DNA from: Candidatus Roizmanbacteria bacterium
GTDB taxonomy: Bacteria > Patescibacteriota > Microgenomatia > UBA1406 > HO2-37-13b
Assembly (NCBI GenBank): GCA_038127095.1
Contig: JAYPGZ010000001.1
Coordinates: 72,205 to 136,204 of the forward strand
Direction: 5' to 3'
DNA length: 64,000 bases
The notes below the pieces were generated by a model that did no database searches, was not told the DNA's origin, and was given only the letters and a program-made list of their open reading frames with translations. Below are positions 9,365-20,366 of this stretch, piece by piece (position 1 is the first letter of the stretch; the number at the start of each line of letters is the position of its first letter). A program made the translations under genes and the position numbers.

Positions 9365-11911
9365 ATGAGTAACGCTGAATTATCACAATTTCTCCCATCA
9401 TACCTCGTTCCTCTTTTTTCGCATAGCAATATTAATTATTTACAGATCATATTACCAGCATTTATTGTTGGAACAATAATACTAACGGTATTAATTAAAG
9501 TAATACGTTTGAGATTCGTTATTCATAAGCCTTATACGCTCCTTGAAGTAAAACCGGTATATAAAACATTGCAGAGTCCTTTGTCTACACAGCGCTTGTT
9601 TACTGTCCTACATTCACTTGAAAAACATGCTTCGCTTACAGAGAGTCTGTTTGGAGTAAAGCAGACTGTAAGTTTTGAACTGATTTCCGACAAGGAGAAA
9701 GGTATAAGGTATATTATTCGGGTTCCAGCAAATAAAATCTCACTTATCAAAAAAACCCTACTTTCCTATTTACCAGGAATTGAGGTGCAAGAGACTGAGG
9801 ATTTTTTACCGAATAGTTTCGTTCAACTGCTAGAAAATAAATATTTCGCTGTAAAGGAGCTAAAACTTCCCAAGCCCTATGTAATCCCGCTTCAGAAGCA
9901 AGATAAACTTGATCAGCATGACCCAATCGCATATTTGACCGGTCATATGACCAAGCTTAAAACAGGCGAATTGGCCGGTCTTCAGATTGTAAATACGCCT
10001 ATTCTGCAGAGAACACACAAATCAATACACAGTCATATATCGAGACTTAAAAATCTCATGATGTCAGGGATCGATTTAAGAAAAGAACTGTATAAGGGAC
10101 GATTCCACAAGCTTTATAGTGCATTGGAGTTTATGATTCAGGGTGAAAAGAAGGAAACAATCAGTCAATCAAGGAGAGAGTTATATGAAGCTATTGAGGA
10201 CAAAATAAACGAGCCTTTGTATGAATGTACAATCCGCTTATTCGTATTAGCAGACAGCAGATTATCAGGTATTAGTCGCATGAATGGATTGCAGTCATCA
10301 TTTGATACGTTTGCCTCAGCTCATCAGTCATTTACAGTAAAGCATATATTTCTCACAAAGATTAATGGTAATATTTTGAATAAGATCCGGTTTTATTTTA
10401 TTAGTAACAGACTGCTTTCATTTACGCAAAACCCTGTTCTATCGGCATCTGAGCTTTCATCGCTATATCATCTACCATACACCGCAACAACCAAAACAGA
10501 GGATTTGATTAATGTTAAGAGTCCAAAGCTGCCATCACCACTCCCTTTAAAAAGCTCGGTAAACAATCTAGATATGGTTTTTGCCCATAACACATATGGT
10601 GAAACAACTGTTCCCATAGGCCTTACACTCGAGGAGCGCAGACGACATATGTATATCATTGGAGCAACGGGTACAGGAAAAACAACGGCCTTGTTGCACA
10701 TGATTCATCACGACCTTTTAAAAGGGAGTGGTGTTGCCATCATTGATCCTCATGGTGATCTCACACAGCGACTGCTTGGAGTTATTCCAAAAGAGAGAAT
10801 ACAAGATGTTGTATATTTCAATCCGTACGATATTGAGCAGCCGGTCGGGTTAAACATCCTTGAACTTTCTGATAATCACAGTGAGGTTGAAACACAGCGC
10901 GAAAAAGACATGATTGCGTCGAGCATGATATCTATTTTCCATAAGCTCTATCCTCCCCGCTACACAGGCCCTCGTATGGAGCATATTTTAAGAAATACGG
11001 TCCTTACGGCGCTTGAACTTGAGAGTCCCACACTACTTACCGTGCACAAGTTGCTCACCGATAAAGATTTCAGAAAGAAAATTGTAGCAACACTTCCGAA
11101 AGGAGTCCTTAAGGATTTCTGGAATAATGAGTTTGGCAAGTTGGGTAGTTTTCAGAAAGCTGAACAGATAAGCCCTATCACAAATAAACTTGGCCGCTTT
11201 CTTACTACTTCAATTACCCGCAATATCCTTACACAACCTGAATCAAAACTGGACTTTACCGATATTATGAATAACAAAAAGATTCTGCTTTGTGACCTGT
11301 CAAAAGGAAAAATAGGCGAGGATACTTCGTCCTTCTTGGGAAGCCTTGTTGTTGCAAAGATCCAACTTGCTGCCCTTAAGCGGGTTGATATACCCGAGAA
11401 TAGGCGCACAGACTTCTTCTTATATATCGACGAGTTTCAGAATTTTGCCACACCAGCCTTTGCACAGATTTTGTCAGAGGCAAGAAAATATCGACTAAAT
11501 ACCATTCTTGCTCATCAGACAATTTCACAAATCGAGGATAAGGATCTGCTGAAGGTAATACTGGCAAACGTGGGGTCCATAATATCATTTAGGACAAGTA
11601 ATCCTGCTGATGAAGATATGATGCTTCCGTTATTTGCTCCAGAGGTTGAGAAGTATGAGATATCAAACCTTCCCTCGTATCACTTTTACATGAAAATTAA
11701 TGCAATTACTCCTCAGAATGCATTTACGGGAGAGATTGATAAGTTTATCGCCGATGATGGAAAGGATGCAAGAAAGTTAGTCATTAAAAACTCACAAGAA
11801 AAATACGGGGTAAAAATACAAGCTAGCAATGATAACAGAGTCTCAACCTTAACGGCAGATAAAATTACTCCAAATGAAAAGGAGCAGACCACTGCAAGAG
11901 CACTTTCCTGA
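9365..11911 (+). CDS. VirD4/TraD-like type IV coupling protein
   Basis: N-terminal TM, RRRHMYIIGATGTGKT Walker A, IIDPHGDL, LYIDEFQNF, SEARKY, LAHQ. Confidence 0.9.
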   Translation: MSNAELSQFLPSYLVPLFSHSNINYLQIILPAFIVGTIILTVLIKVIRLRFVIHKPYTLLEVKPVYKTLQSPLSTQRLFTVLHSLEKHASLTESLFGVKQTVSFELISDKEKGIRYIIRVPANKISLIKKTLLSYLPGIEVQETEDFLPNSFVQLLENKYFAVKELKLPKPYVIPLQKQDKLDQHDPIAYLTGHMTKLKTGELAGLQIVNTPILQRTHKSIHSHISRLKNLMMSGIDLRKELYKGRFHKLYSALEFMIQGEKKETISQSRRELYEAIEDKINEPLYECTIRLFVLADSRLSGISRMNGLQSSFDTFASAHQSFTVKHIFLTKINGNILNKIRFYFISNRLLSFTQNPVLSASELSSLYHLPYTATTKTEDLINVKSPKLPSPLPLKSSVNNLDMVFAHNTYGETTVPIGLTLEERRRHMYIIGATGTGKTTALLHMIHHDLLKGSGVAIIDPHGDLTQRLLGVIPKERIQDVVYFNPYDIEQPVGLNILELSDNHSEVETQREKDMIASSMISIFHKLYPPRYTGPRMEHILRNTVLTALELESPTLLTVHKLLTDKDFRKKIVATLPKGVLKDFWNNEFGKLGSFQKAEQISPITNKLGRFLTTSITRNILTQPESKLDFTDIMNNKKILLCDLSKGKIGEDTSSFLGSLVVAKIQLAALKRVDIPENRRTDFFLYIDEFQNFATPAFAQILSEARKYRLNTILAHQTISQIEDKDLLKVILANVGSIISFRTSNPADEDMMLPLFAPEVEKYEISNLPSYHFYMKINAITPQNAFTGEIDKFIADDGKDARKLVIKNSQEKYGVKIQASNDNRVSTLTADKITPNEKEQTTARALS

Positions 11912-11942
11912 TACAATCACTTGCATTTTAACAGACAATTTG

Positions 11943-12770
11943 TTATTCCTCTGTCTTCTCAAGACGTCCGATAAGCATCTCCAGCTCATTAAGAAACGGA
12001 TGATCCCATTTTCGTTGAGCCATTTTGAGAACCTCTTTTTCAAACCACAACTTTTTATCTTTTCCGCGATTGAATTTTTTCCACAGAGCCGCCCCCTCTT
12101 TATCATATTGAGTAAAAAATGACCGTAGATTAACTATTTTGTCTGCAATGCATACAGCGATTGCTTTTTCTCCACCAGCCTCAACCGATCGGATATACTT
12201 CTCTTTTTTCTTTTCCCAGTCCCTTTTATCAGACAGCTGAGCATCGTTTGATACCGCTTTTACAATCCGAAGCACCTCACTGCCACAGGCTTTTTCAATC
12301 TCAGCCTCGGTGCAATCAGTGTCTTCGAGGAGATCATGGCATAAGCTTGCTGCTATAACTTCAACAGGAAACTTTTGCCGCCACCAGAGTAAATGACTGA
12401 TGTCAAGCAGGTGTTCCATATCCGGGTGATCATCGCCTTTTCGTCGAAGTGGGCCATGATAAATAAGTGTCAACTCAAGGGCTTTTTTTACCATCGGGTC
12501 CAATAAGACCATACTGGCACGAAATTGTCCGCGACTTTTTTTGGATAATATTTCGTAGTCATATCCACAATCCTCAGCAACATTAAACCATGCATTATAT
12601 GACTTCGGACTATCATTATCGCGCATGAATAACTCAATAGCACGTGTTACTAAATGTGCCAGATTATCGCTCTTTTCCACTACTGAGTACTTTTCATCAT
12701 CATATATATCAGCATTAGGTATGGAGTCGAGAAGATCAATTTTGATCAAAAAGTATTGCATATAATTCAC
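11943..12770 (-). CDS. HD-domain phosphohydrolase, RelA/SpoT hydrolase (Mesh1/SAH)-like
   Basis: YHGPLRRKG..P...H, LCHDLLEDT, IADKIVNLRS; SD GGGGTGA upstream. Confidence 0.8.
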   Translation of the reverse strand: MNYMQYFLIKIDLLDSIPNADIYDDEKYSVVEKSDNLAHLVTRAIELFMRDNDSPKSYNAWFNVAEDCGYDYEILSKKSRGQFRASMVLLDPMVKKALELTLIYHGPLRRKGDDHPDMEHLLDISHLLWWRQKFPVEVIAASLCHDLLEDTDCTEAEIEKACGSEVLRIVKAVSNDAQLSDKRDWEKKKEKYIRSVEAGGEKAIAVCIADKIVNLRSFFTQYDKEGAALWKKFNRGKDKKLWFEKEVLKMAQRKWDHPFLNELEMLIGRLEKTEE

Positions 12771-12904
12771 CCCCTTTTTGTAAATAAACTTGGGGCTGCA
12801 ATGGACGCGGTTGAAAGTATGTCTTGGGTCGTGAAGTCAACCACCGCTAAAGCCAATATAAGTATAACAGGATGCATAGATTATAACAACAGCGTGTTAT
12901 AAAC

Positions 12905-13567
12905 CTATTTCGACCTGTATCTACTGATAATGCTACTTAAAATTTGCTTTCCCTGTTTGATACTTTTGGATAAATCACTCTCTCTCGTGCCAACTATCAC
13001 ATTGAGTTCATGGGGGTCTTTCCTAAATATTTCAGTGAAAACCCTGTATACAAACTCTGTAATTGCTTCATTGTCTCTGCCAAAATCCGCATTAAGTGTG
13101 TCAAATTCATCCGCCACTTTCGGTTTATGATGATAGTAACAATATTTTTTTATGGTGATTTCACCCTCAGTAAAGGTAAAACCCAAATCTTCAAGAAGTT
13201 TTCTCGTCTGTTTCATATATGGGAGGTGTCTGTTTCCGGGTAATATTGGAAAATCCATAATCATGCTATGTCGCTCTATAGCAAACTGAACAAACTCTCC
13301 TTCTTCATCTCCAACTTGGAATATGACATAGGTAACTCCTGTTAAAGGCTTTAGGATTTCAGTAAGTACAAAGCTAATATAGCCTCTTGGGTCATCGAAT
13401 TGTGATTGTTTTTCAATAAGACGATTTTGAAGCAGCTCTACGCGTTCATCCCGATCAAAGTACTTTGCAACCAGAATTTTATCTTTATATATTACATGAA
13501 AGTATTTACTAGGGTGCAAAGCGTTCAGGTACTGAGCAATTTTATCTTTCAATCTCTTATTATTCAT
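12905..13567 (-). CDS. Hypothetical protein
   Basis: 220-aa ORF overlapping the protease stop. Confidence 0.7.
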   Translation of the reverse strand: MNNKRLKDKIAQYLNALHPSKYFHVIYKDKILVAKYFDRDERVELLQNRLIEKQSQFDDPRGYISFVLTEILKPLTGVTYVIFQVGDEEGEFVQFAIERHSMIMDFPILPGNRHLPYMKQTRKLLEDLGFTFTEGEITIKKYCYYHHKPKVADEFDTLNADFGRDNEAITEFVYRVFTEIFRKDPHELNVIVGTRESDLSKSIKQGKQILSSIISRYRSK

Positions 13568-15083
13568 AAAACCAAAGCCAACTCGGATCCTCGACTTCTT
13601 TAATTCTTGGCTGCCATAGTTTTAGTTTACCGTCAATTTCTTTTACTTCCCACCAACCCTCAAAATATTTATATACAATCTCATCATCAATTAAGTCTTT
13701 TGTCGAAAGCTTTACATTTACTACATTTTCTCGATCTGGATCGTCTTTAATCTTAATAACTGTTGTGTCAAGTAATGATTCATATCCAATTTTCCAGTTT
13801 TCAATACTACCCCCTTTTAGGAAATTTTCAGATAATAATGCATATGCTTCTTCCATTTTCCTAATTTTAAGATAGTTATAAAACGAGGAAACGGCATCAA
13901 GCGGGCTCTTATTTGGTTCAAATACAATTCTTTTAACATCTTTCAAAGGATCATCGTTTGAAAGCATCTGAACCCACTTATTCTGAGCAGATTTGGCAGA
14001 TATTGCAAGTCCGAGTCCGGCTGTGCCGGCGGTATTTATTCCCACCACTTCGCCGCAAACATTAACTAAAGGTCCACCACTCACGCCTTGATTGAGAGTA
14101 CCATCTATCTGTATATATTCTATGCCGTCTGCTTTAGAATGACGTCTGGCAGCCATTTTGCCGGTATTAACACTAATGTCGCCGATTAGCGTACCTCCAA
14201 ATGGGTAACCTAGGGCGATAAGCTCTTCTGTAAGTTCAAGACTGTCTGAATCTCCCCAAATAATAGATTTCATGGGGCGCTTGATCGCAAGTATCGCTAA
14301 ATCAGCCTGCTTATCAGCATACTTAATCTCTGCAGTCTCAAATGAATTATCGGGAAATACAACTTTGGGACTTGGCTCAAATTCGATGACATGAAAATTA
14401 GTCATTATCAACCCATTCTCCTTAATTACAAAGCCAGAACCTTCAGCTTCCCCACCAACAATACGAACTATAGAATTTTTAAGCCGAGCGATAGATTCTT
14501 TTTCGTTACATGCTACTTTACTACTTCCACCAAATCTCATCTCAATTGTATCAAGGCGTCTGTTGATATTGTTTATTGACCATATGGTGTATATTCCTAC
14601 TGTACATATGAAGATAGCAAAGACTATTTTGCCGAATGTAGTAAAAAGGCTACTCTTATTCGAATATGATATATACCATTTATAAAAATCATGAATAAAG
14701 TCAACTATAACTATAAGTATGAGTAATAGCGAGATGACCGTGGTCAAATTAACAATGTCTGTTAGAACATTAAAAACAATATTTTTACTTCTAGCAAAAG
14801 AGTCATAATTGGAGCCAGCATAAAATGCTAAACCAAGAAATAGAAATCTTAAAAGAATATGAACTTTACGATACAAAAAAAGTCCTATTTTAATACCTAC
14901 AATAAACAAAAAGAATAAGTAAAGAACGGAAAGTGGTAAATATAAATAGCTATCTTCAAGCTTGAAAAAATATACAGAAAAGCTTATAAGAATAGCTCCG
15001 AGAATAGATACCATAAATACTGGTTTTTTAAAACGCTGAAAGCCTAGTTGTAAACCTCTTTGCGCACTTCGGAGTCTTGACAT
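13560..15083 (-). CDS. Membrane-anchored trypsin-like (S1C) serine protease
   Basis: About five N-terminal TMs; GSGFVI, TNFHVI (His), DLAIL (Asp), QGVSGGPL (Ser); no PDZ recognised. Confidence 0.88.
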   Translation of the reverse strand: MSRLRSAQRGLQLGFQRFKKPVFMVSILGAILISFSVYFFKLEDSYLYLPLSVLYLFFLFIVGIKIGLFLYRKVHILLRFLFLGLAFYAGSNYDSFARSKNIVFNVLTDIVNLTTVISLLLILIVIVDFIHDFYKWYISYSNKSSLFTTFGKIVFAIFICTVGIYTIWSINNINRRLDTIEMRFGGSSKVACNEKESIARLKNSIVRIVGGEAEGSGFVIKENGLIMTNFHVIEFEPSPKVVFPDNSFETAEIKYADKQADLAILAIKRPMKSIIWGDSDSLELTEELIALGYPFGGTLIGDISVNTGKMAARRHSKADGIEYIQIDGTLNQGVSGGPLVNVCGEVVGINTAGTAGLGLAISAKSAQNKWVQMLSNDDPLKDVKRIVFEPNKSPLDAVSSFYNYLKIRKMEEAYALLSENFLKGGSIENWKIGYESLLDTTVIKIKDDPDRENVVNVKLSTKDLIDDEIVYKYFEGWWEVKEIDGKLKLWQPRIKEVEDPSWLWFYE

Positions 15084-15123
15084 GATTGAAGTATACTACA
15101 AGAGAAGAGTCTTTTAGAAAATA

Positions 15124-15894
15124 CTATGTATCTAAATTAGACTTATGCCTTTGAACAGCAATACGGTAGTTGCAATAATCGCAATTCGGGCTGGAGGGAG
15201 GAAGATCATCTCGATCTAGGCAATCCTTAATATTCAGAATAATTTTATCAATCCATTTGGTTGATCCTTCATAGGGAATAAGGGTAATATCAAATTCCAA
15301 TTTTCCATCAAAAGCCTTCATGTCTGTTTTGCCATTACAGTAAACGAAATATCCAGTACTACTTACTTTAAATCCTTTTTGTCGAAGCAGCCATTGATAC
15401 ACTTCCATCTGTCTTTTGTATCCGTCCTGCCAATCTTTATCAAGCTCAGTTATCTCCTCATTCTTACTGGTTGATTTATAATCAACAACGATATATTCAT
15501 CTTTTGAATTAATCCATAAGTCATCAATTGCTCCGGTAATAATGAGGTTTGTTGGTTTATGATGAAATTGTATTCCTTTAAAGTTCTCTCTCCACTCATT
15601 GAGATCATCATGCGCAACTGGTCGTGCATCAACGCCATATTTGGTTATCAATGGGTGAGCGTCGCCATTCATTCGATGAATATCAAATTCAAGCTTGAGG
15701 AGGTGGTCAACGGCACTATTGAGAGCGAAGGGGAATCCAGGTGGTCTACCCGTACCAAGTCGGCGATCCATATAAAAACAAAATTGACATTCAAGAAAAA
15801 GATCGATTTTAGAACGGCTTATTTTAAATGGCTCTGACGAGCCTGGATTGTATAAGGAATTGTTACTTCTTTGTGGGTTGTAATATTGCGACAT
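15124..15894 (-). CDS. PD-(D/E)XK RecB/Cas4-like nuclease
   Basis: ISRSKIDLFLEC, GAIDDL, VVDYKST, QMEVY, C-terminal CDYC. Confidence 0.85.
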   Translation of the reverse strand: MSQYYNPQRSNNSLYNPGSSEPFKISRSKIDLFLECQFCFYMDRRLGTGRPPGFPFALNSAVDHLLKLEFDIHRMNGDAHPLITKYGVDARPVAHDDLNEWRENFKGIQFHHKPTNLIITGAIDDLWINSKDEYIVVDYKSTSKNEEITELDKDWQDGYKRQMEVYQWLLRQKGFKVSSTGYFVYCNGKTDMKAFDGKLEFDITLIPYEGSTKWIDKIILNIKDCLDRDDLPPSSPNCDYCNYRIAVQRHKSNLDT

Positions 15895-15937
15895 GATTTT
15901 ATCCTTAGTTTTTAGCTAAACGCAAATTTCAATTAAA

Positions 15938-18610
15938 TTATCGACTGCATAACTGCTTAAAACTCATATTTTGTAAAATAGCTGTATGTGGCAAAAGAAT
16001 ATATTTCCATGATTTTCCTCGATTAGCTAAATTATATTTAGTTGATGCTTCACAAAACTTTTTTCCGGCTTCAGATTTTTCATTTACATCATCATTGTTT
16101 ACATCTTTTTCTGCTTTAATTTCAACAAGATATATATCGTCTCTCGTTTCTACGACAAAATCAGGTATATACCGCTGTGAATTTCTTTTCCACCAAATTT
16201 GGAATTGTGATGAGGCAGGACGTAGCCATCGTATAACATCAGGATCCGCCTCAAGTACTGCTGCAAAGTCCTTCTCAGATTTTGAATCAAATTTATACAA
16301 GTTATGACAGGCTTTCTTAAAGCCACCAAAGACTTTTGATGGGATTGTGTTAGTGGGTGAAATAGTCTCTGTAAAATGGTGGATACTATCAGCTGTATAT
16401 TTGGAAAAATTATGTGGTTCAATTCTAGTAAATGGATATACTTCCGGCTCCTCGTAATTTCCTGTTTCCAAGAAGAAGTGTTGTTGTAGCTGAGCGTAAA
16501 TAAATTGACCTATTTCACGCTTATGATAAAGAACGATATTCTTTAAGTCCTCTTCATTCCGTCCAGTACCTAACTTGGAGATTGCTTGATGAACTATTTT
16601 ATATAATAATGGCGCTTCCCGATCATAATCTACTTCCGGGTAGTTGACAAGTTCATTCAATACGATATTACTCGGTGTGTCGCGCTCAAATCCACTCTCA
16701 TCGTTTTGAAGAATCTCGCTCTGATTAGTTCTCAATGTTCGTCTAACAATTTCTTCAGATACAGGCTGGTAATTTAATCCTTGTACGTCGAGCTCAAAAT
16801 CATTGAATCCTGAACGTACCTCATTGTTCTGTTGCACTAATATACGTGGAATTGGAATAGTTTTAAGTACTAATTCTTCTACTACGGCATCGTATTCTTT
16901 TTTCGCTGCTTCAACTATCTGATTCTTAAATAAACTTTGTTGTGGTGAGCGCTCAATTTGCTCAACCATCCTACTAATAGCTAATCTTTGCACTTCTTCA
17001 CTTTTTAGATCGTCTATGTTCTTAATTTGGCTTCCCAATGAGCTCACAGCGTCAACAATCATGCGCTGAGCGTCTAAATTGAATGTCGCAGATTGTCTGT
17101 CTTTTTCATCAGGAATAGATATGATTTGTTTACTTTTTTCATTAAACGAGGCTTCAAGTGTTGCATGAGAAGTAATAACTTCTTGATCTGCTGGTAGTGC
17201 GTCTGGATCAATCTCAATAATATTTTCCTTTCGAATGATTGAATTTGGATCATTAGCTGCATCAACGATTGCTTGAAAACGATCATGGGCAATAATGGTT
17301 AACTTGTCCACTTTATCAACACCTGTTCTTGCTCCATAAGGAAGTCTTAACCCACGACCAATAGTCTGTTCAGTAAGAATTTGGGAGTTGGCCGCTCGCA
17401 GTGGTATTATGGTGTAAAGATTAGTAACATCCCACCCCTCCTTAAGCATGTTAACATGCACTACGATTTCCACCGTATTATCAGCTTTCTCCAAAGCAAG
17501 AAGTTTTTGGACATTCTCTTCTTTCTCTTCTCCGCGCTGGTTTGAATGGATTTCAATAACCTTTCCTTTATATCTTCTTTCAAAGAATCGTTCGGATTCA
17601 ATCATTTCTCGTATCTCTTTTGCATGCTCTGTATCTTTTGCAACAACAAGTACGAATGGTCGCACTAGCGAATTTCCCGTATCGCGTGAATAAATATCAA
17701 GCGCAACTTTTGTGTCCTCATGTATTCGGACTCCATCTTCTAGCTTGATAAGGTCTAATTCCTTAGGATCATCACGATATTGATCGGGGTTAAAATTTCT
17801 TCGAGTAGCAATCGCTGGTTCTTTTACAAACCCATCCTGGAGTGCTTTTGCTAAGGGGTAGTCATACACAACATTTTTAAATACATTACCCTTATTATCA
17901 ATCGGTGTCGCTGTCAACTCTAAGCCTAAAATGGGTTTGAGTTCATTGATTGCTTTAAGTCCTGCATCTGCGCGATAATGGTGGGACTCATCCATGAGGA
18001 GAACGAGATCCGGTAATTCCGCAAGATAATTGAAGTATGATTCACCTAGATATTCTGATAATCTCTTTATTCGTGGTTCACGACCACCTCGTACTTCAGA
18101 ATTAATTTTCGAAATATTGAATATATTTATACGTATGGTTTCCTCAAGCGAAAGTTGCTGATGTTGTTCGTAAGTATCTCCTGTTACAATGCGCGGACCA
18201 AATACAGCGAGCTCAGAGATTCCTTTAAAAACATATTTTGGGCTCTGTGGATTAGAAAGATCATCAATGAGTTTATTGTAAATTGTCAAATTTGGAGCTA
18301 GTACAAAGAAATTCTTAATGCCCTTTGCAGTATAGAGATAGGCGATAAATGCACCCATTAACCGAGTTTTACCTACTCCAGTTGCCAGAGAAAAACACAC
18401 AGATGGAAATTCACGTTCAAAGTCAGAGCAAGTCGGATAAAGTTCGCGAATCTTAGCTATTTCACTGACAATGTCGGCACCGACTTTTAACTCTAAAGTG
18501 TCAGTAATTTTTTGCAATATTTCCAAGCTCTCTGCCTGAGGCTTACGCAAACTCAATCTATTTTTGATATTAAGTGCTTTATTGTTCATTTTGTTCATCT
18601 TCCAAATCAT
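15938..18610 (-). CDS. Type III restriction endonuclease subunit Res
   Basis: LATGVGKT, DESHH, LTATP, EGWDV, QTIGRGLR, C-terminal YIPDFVVE..LVEIK; start probably ~18589. Confidence 0.9.
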   Translation of the reverse strand: MIWKMNKMNNKALNIKNRLSLRKPQAESLEILQKITDTLELKVGADIVSEIAKIRELYPTCSDFEREFPSVCFSLATGVGKTRLMGAFIAYLYTAKGIKNFFVLAPNLTIYNKLIDDLSNPQSPKYVFKGISELAVFGPRIVTGDTYEQHQQLSLEETIRINIFNISKINSEVRGGREPRIKRLSEYLGESYFNYLAELPDLVLLMDESHHYRADAGLKAINELKPILGLELTATPIDNKGNVFKNVVYDYPLAKALQDGFVKEPAIATRRNFNPDQYRDDPKELDLIKLEDGVRIHEDTKVALDIYSRDTGNSLVRPFVLVVAKDTEHAKEIREMIESERFFERRYKGKVIEIHSNQRGEEKEENVQKLLALEKADNTVEIVVHVNMLKEGWDVTNLYTIIPLRAANSQILTEQTIGRGLRLPYGARTGVDKVDKLTIIAHDRFQAIVDAANDPNSIIRKENIIEIDPDALPADQEVITSHATLEASFNEKSKQIISIPDEKDRQSATFNLDAQRMIVDAVSSLGSQIKNIDDLKSEEVQRLAISRMVEQIERSPQQSLFKNQIVEAAKKEYDAVVEELVLKTIPIPRILVQQNNEVRSGFNDFELDVQGLNYQPVSEEIVRRTLRTNQSEILQNDESGFERDTPSNIVLNELVNYPEVDYDREAPLLYKIVHQAISKLGTGRNEEDLKNIVLYHKREIGQFIYAQLQQHFFLETGNYEEPEVYPFTRIEPHNFSKYTADSIHHFTETISPTNTIPSKVFGGFKKACHNLYKFDSKSEKDFAAVLEADPDVIRWLRPASSQFQIWWKRNSQRYIPDFVVETRDDIYLVEIKAEKDVNNDDVNEKSEAGKKFCEASTKYNLANRGKSWKYILLPHTAILQNMSFKQLCSR

Positions 18611-20366
18611 CTGCCAGATCCTCGGTAAGCTTAATGATGTTTAAATCATAATTATCCTGTCCAAATTCACATCTACCTAAAATTGCTTGTGGGATTTTCT
18701 TAACTGTAATATTAGCGAACTTGTTTTCAATTCCTGGAGAGAAAGACTTAGCACAAATCAAAAGACTTTCATTTTCGAGCATTTTTGCATGGATTGATTC
18801 GAGCTGTTCCATGGTTACAAATGCTGTTGTAACAAAAATGTAGTCAGTTTCTGTAGACTTACCATGCTTCCAATAAACCGATTCATCAGGACTATATTTA
18901 AATGCCTCATGTTTACATACCGCAGCAGCCAACATATTGGAATTATAATTCTCATCAATCACGAAGTTACCAAATGAGTCTTTCCTAAGTAGGCTGGGGG
19001 CAAGGTTATAAAACTTAAATCCACCTCCGCCAGTCCAGTTAACAGATCTTGAGATACCACCTTGATCCTTACCATCTACAACACTTCTAAGACGTAGAAG
19101 GCAATGAGTATAAGCATGCTCACCAAGCTCTATACCAATCCACTTTCTATTCATTTTGTGAGCAACTGCTGAAGTTGTCCCTGAACCTAGAAATGAATCT
19201 AGTACATAATCACTTGGTTCTGTTGTCATCCTTATAATTTTTTCTATCAGTGCTTCAGGCTTTTTACCGTTAGGAAATTCTACTAACCCTTCTTTTGTCA
19301 AATTATTTAAATTTAATCCATCCCAGAAAGTACCCTGTAGATCCTTTTTGTACAGAATGCCATCTTTGATCTCAAGAACATCACTTAACCACGTTATCAA
19401 TCTTAGTTTTTCACCTTTATAAAATTGTTCATAGACCTTTCCTTTATTCTTGCCACTTCTAGGCACATACTCAATTGATATTAGATCTGTCTTATGCCCA
19501 ATTTCATTAACCTTATTAAGAACTCTAACGCGAATTGAGCTTTGAGGCATCGCAGTTGTGAAGATTCTATTGTTGTATTTATAATAAGCTTCTTTTTCAG
19601 ATATATTATTTTCCTTAGCAACTTGTGAAACAGACTTAAATATTGGATTAATCCTTTCATACATCCTAATTTCATTTCCATCACCGTCAGTAGTTGATGC
19701 TATATACTTCTTCTCACCGTCGCTTAATAGAACTGATGTATACTTCCAGCTAATATTATTTGTTTTATAAGATTGTACTAACTCATATATTTCTGTTAAA
19801 TCATATACTCCCTTAAATACACTGAGCATCTGATAGTCTTTTGCAAACAAATGAATAAATTCCACATTTTTTTTAAGTCTTTTGTCCTCTCCACCACCAC
19901 TTGCACCAGCAATATTTTTCATTTTCACCGTAATTGTATTAATAAAATTTGATCTACCAAACACCTCATCCATAAGTACTCTAAGATAAGCTTGTTCCTC
20001 ATCATCAATCTGCACAAATATGACTCCATCCGATGCTAATAGTTGCTTAAGTATCATGAGTCTTGGCTTCATTAAACTCAACCACGTAGAATGTTCTAGA
20101 TTATCATCGTAATGTTCGAAGGCACTGCCAGTATTATATGGTGGATCAATATAAATACACTTTATTTTTCCAGCAAAATCCTGCTCTAAAGCTTTAAGTG
20201 CAAGAAGATTATCACCGTGGATGAGCATATTCTCGGAGTTGGGTTCGCCATAAGATTTCTCAGGATCTTCGATTAGAATTCGTGGCTCTAGTTTTAGCTC
20301 CTCATTCTTACCTATCCATGTTAATTCTAGTTTTTGTTTTGTAGGTTTACTCATAATTATGACCAA
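18579..20366 (-). CDS. Type III R-M adenine methyltransferase Mod
   Basis: LIHGDNLLAL, IYIDPPYNTG, KPEALI, DSFLGSGTT. Confidence 0.92.
   Translation of the reverse strand: MVIIMSKPTKQKLELTWIGKNEELKLEPRILIEDPEKSYGEPNSENMLIHGDNLLALKALEQDFAGKIKCIYIDPPYNTGSAFEHYDDNLEHSTWLSLMKPRLMILKQLLASDGVIFVQIDDEEQAYLRVLMDEVFGRSNFINTITVKMKNIAGASGGGEDKRLKKNVEFIHLFAKDYQMLSVFKGVYDLTEIYELVQSYKTNNISWKYTSVLLSDGEKKYIASTTDGDGNEIRMYERINPIFKSVSQVAKENNISEKEAYYKYNNRIFTTAMPQSSIRVRVLNKVNEIGHKTDLISIEYVPRSGKNKGKVYEQFYKGEKLRLITWLSDVLEIKDGILYKKDLQGTFWDGLNLNNLTKEGLVEFPNGKKPEALIEKIIRMTTEPSDYVLDSFLGSGTTSAVAHKMNRKWIGIELGEHAYTHCLLRLRSVVDGKDQGGISRSVNWTGGGGFKFYNLAPSLLRKDSFGNFVIDENYNSNMLAAAVCKHEAFKYSPDESVYWKHGKSTETDYIFVTTAFVTMEQLESIHAKMLENESLLICAKSFSPGIENKFANITVKKIPQAILGRCEFGQDNYDLNIIKLTEDLADDLEDEQNEQ

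Noticed and set aside
15124-15894. Cas4 indicating a CRISPR-Cas locus
   Set aside because: No repeat-spacer array and no cas1/cas2 or effector genes in the window
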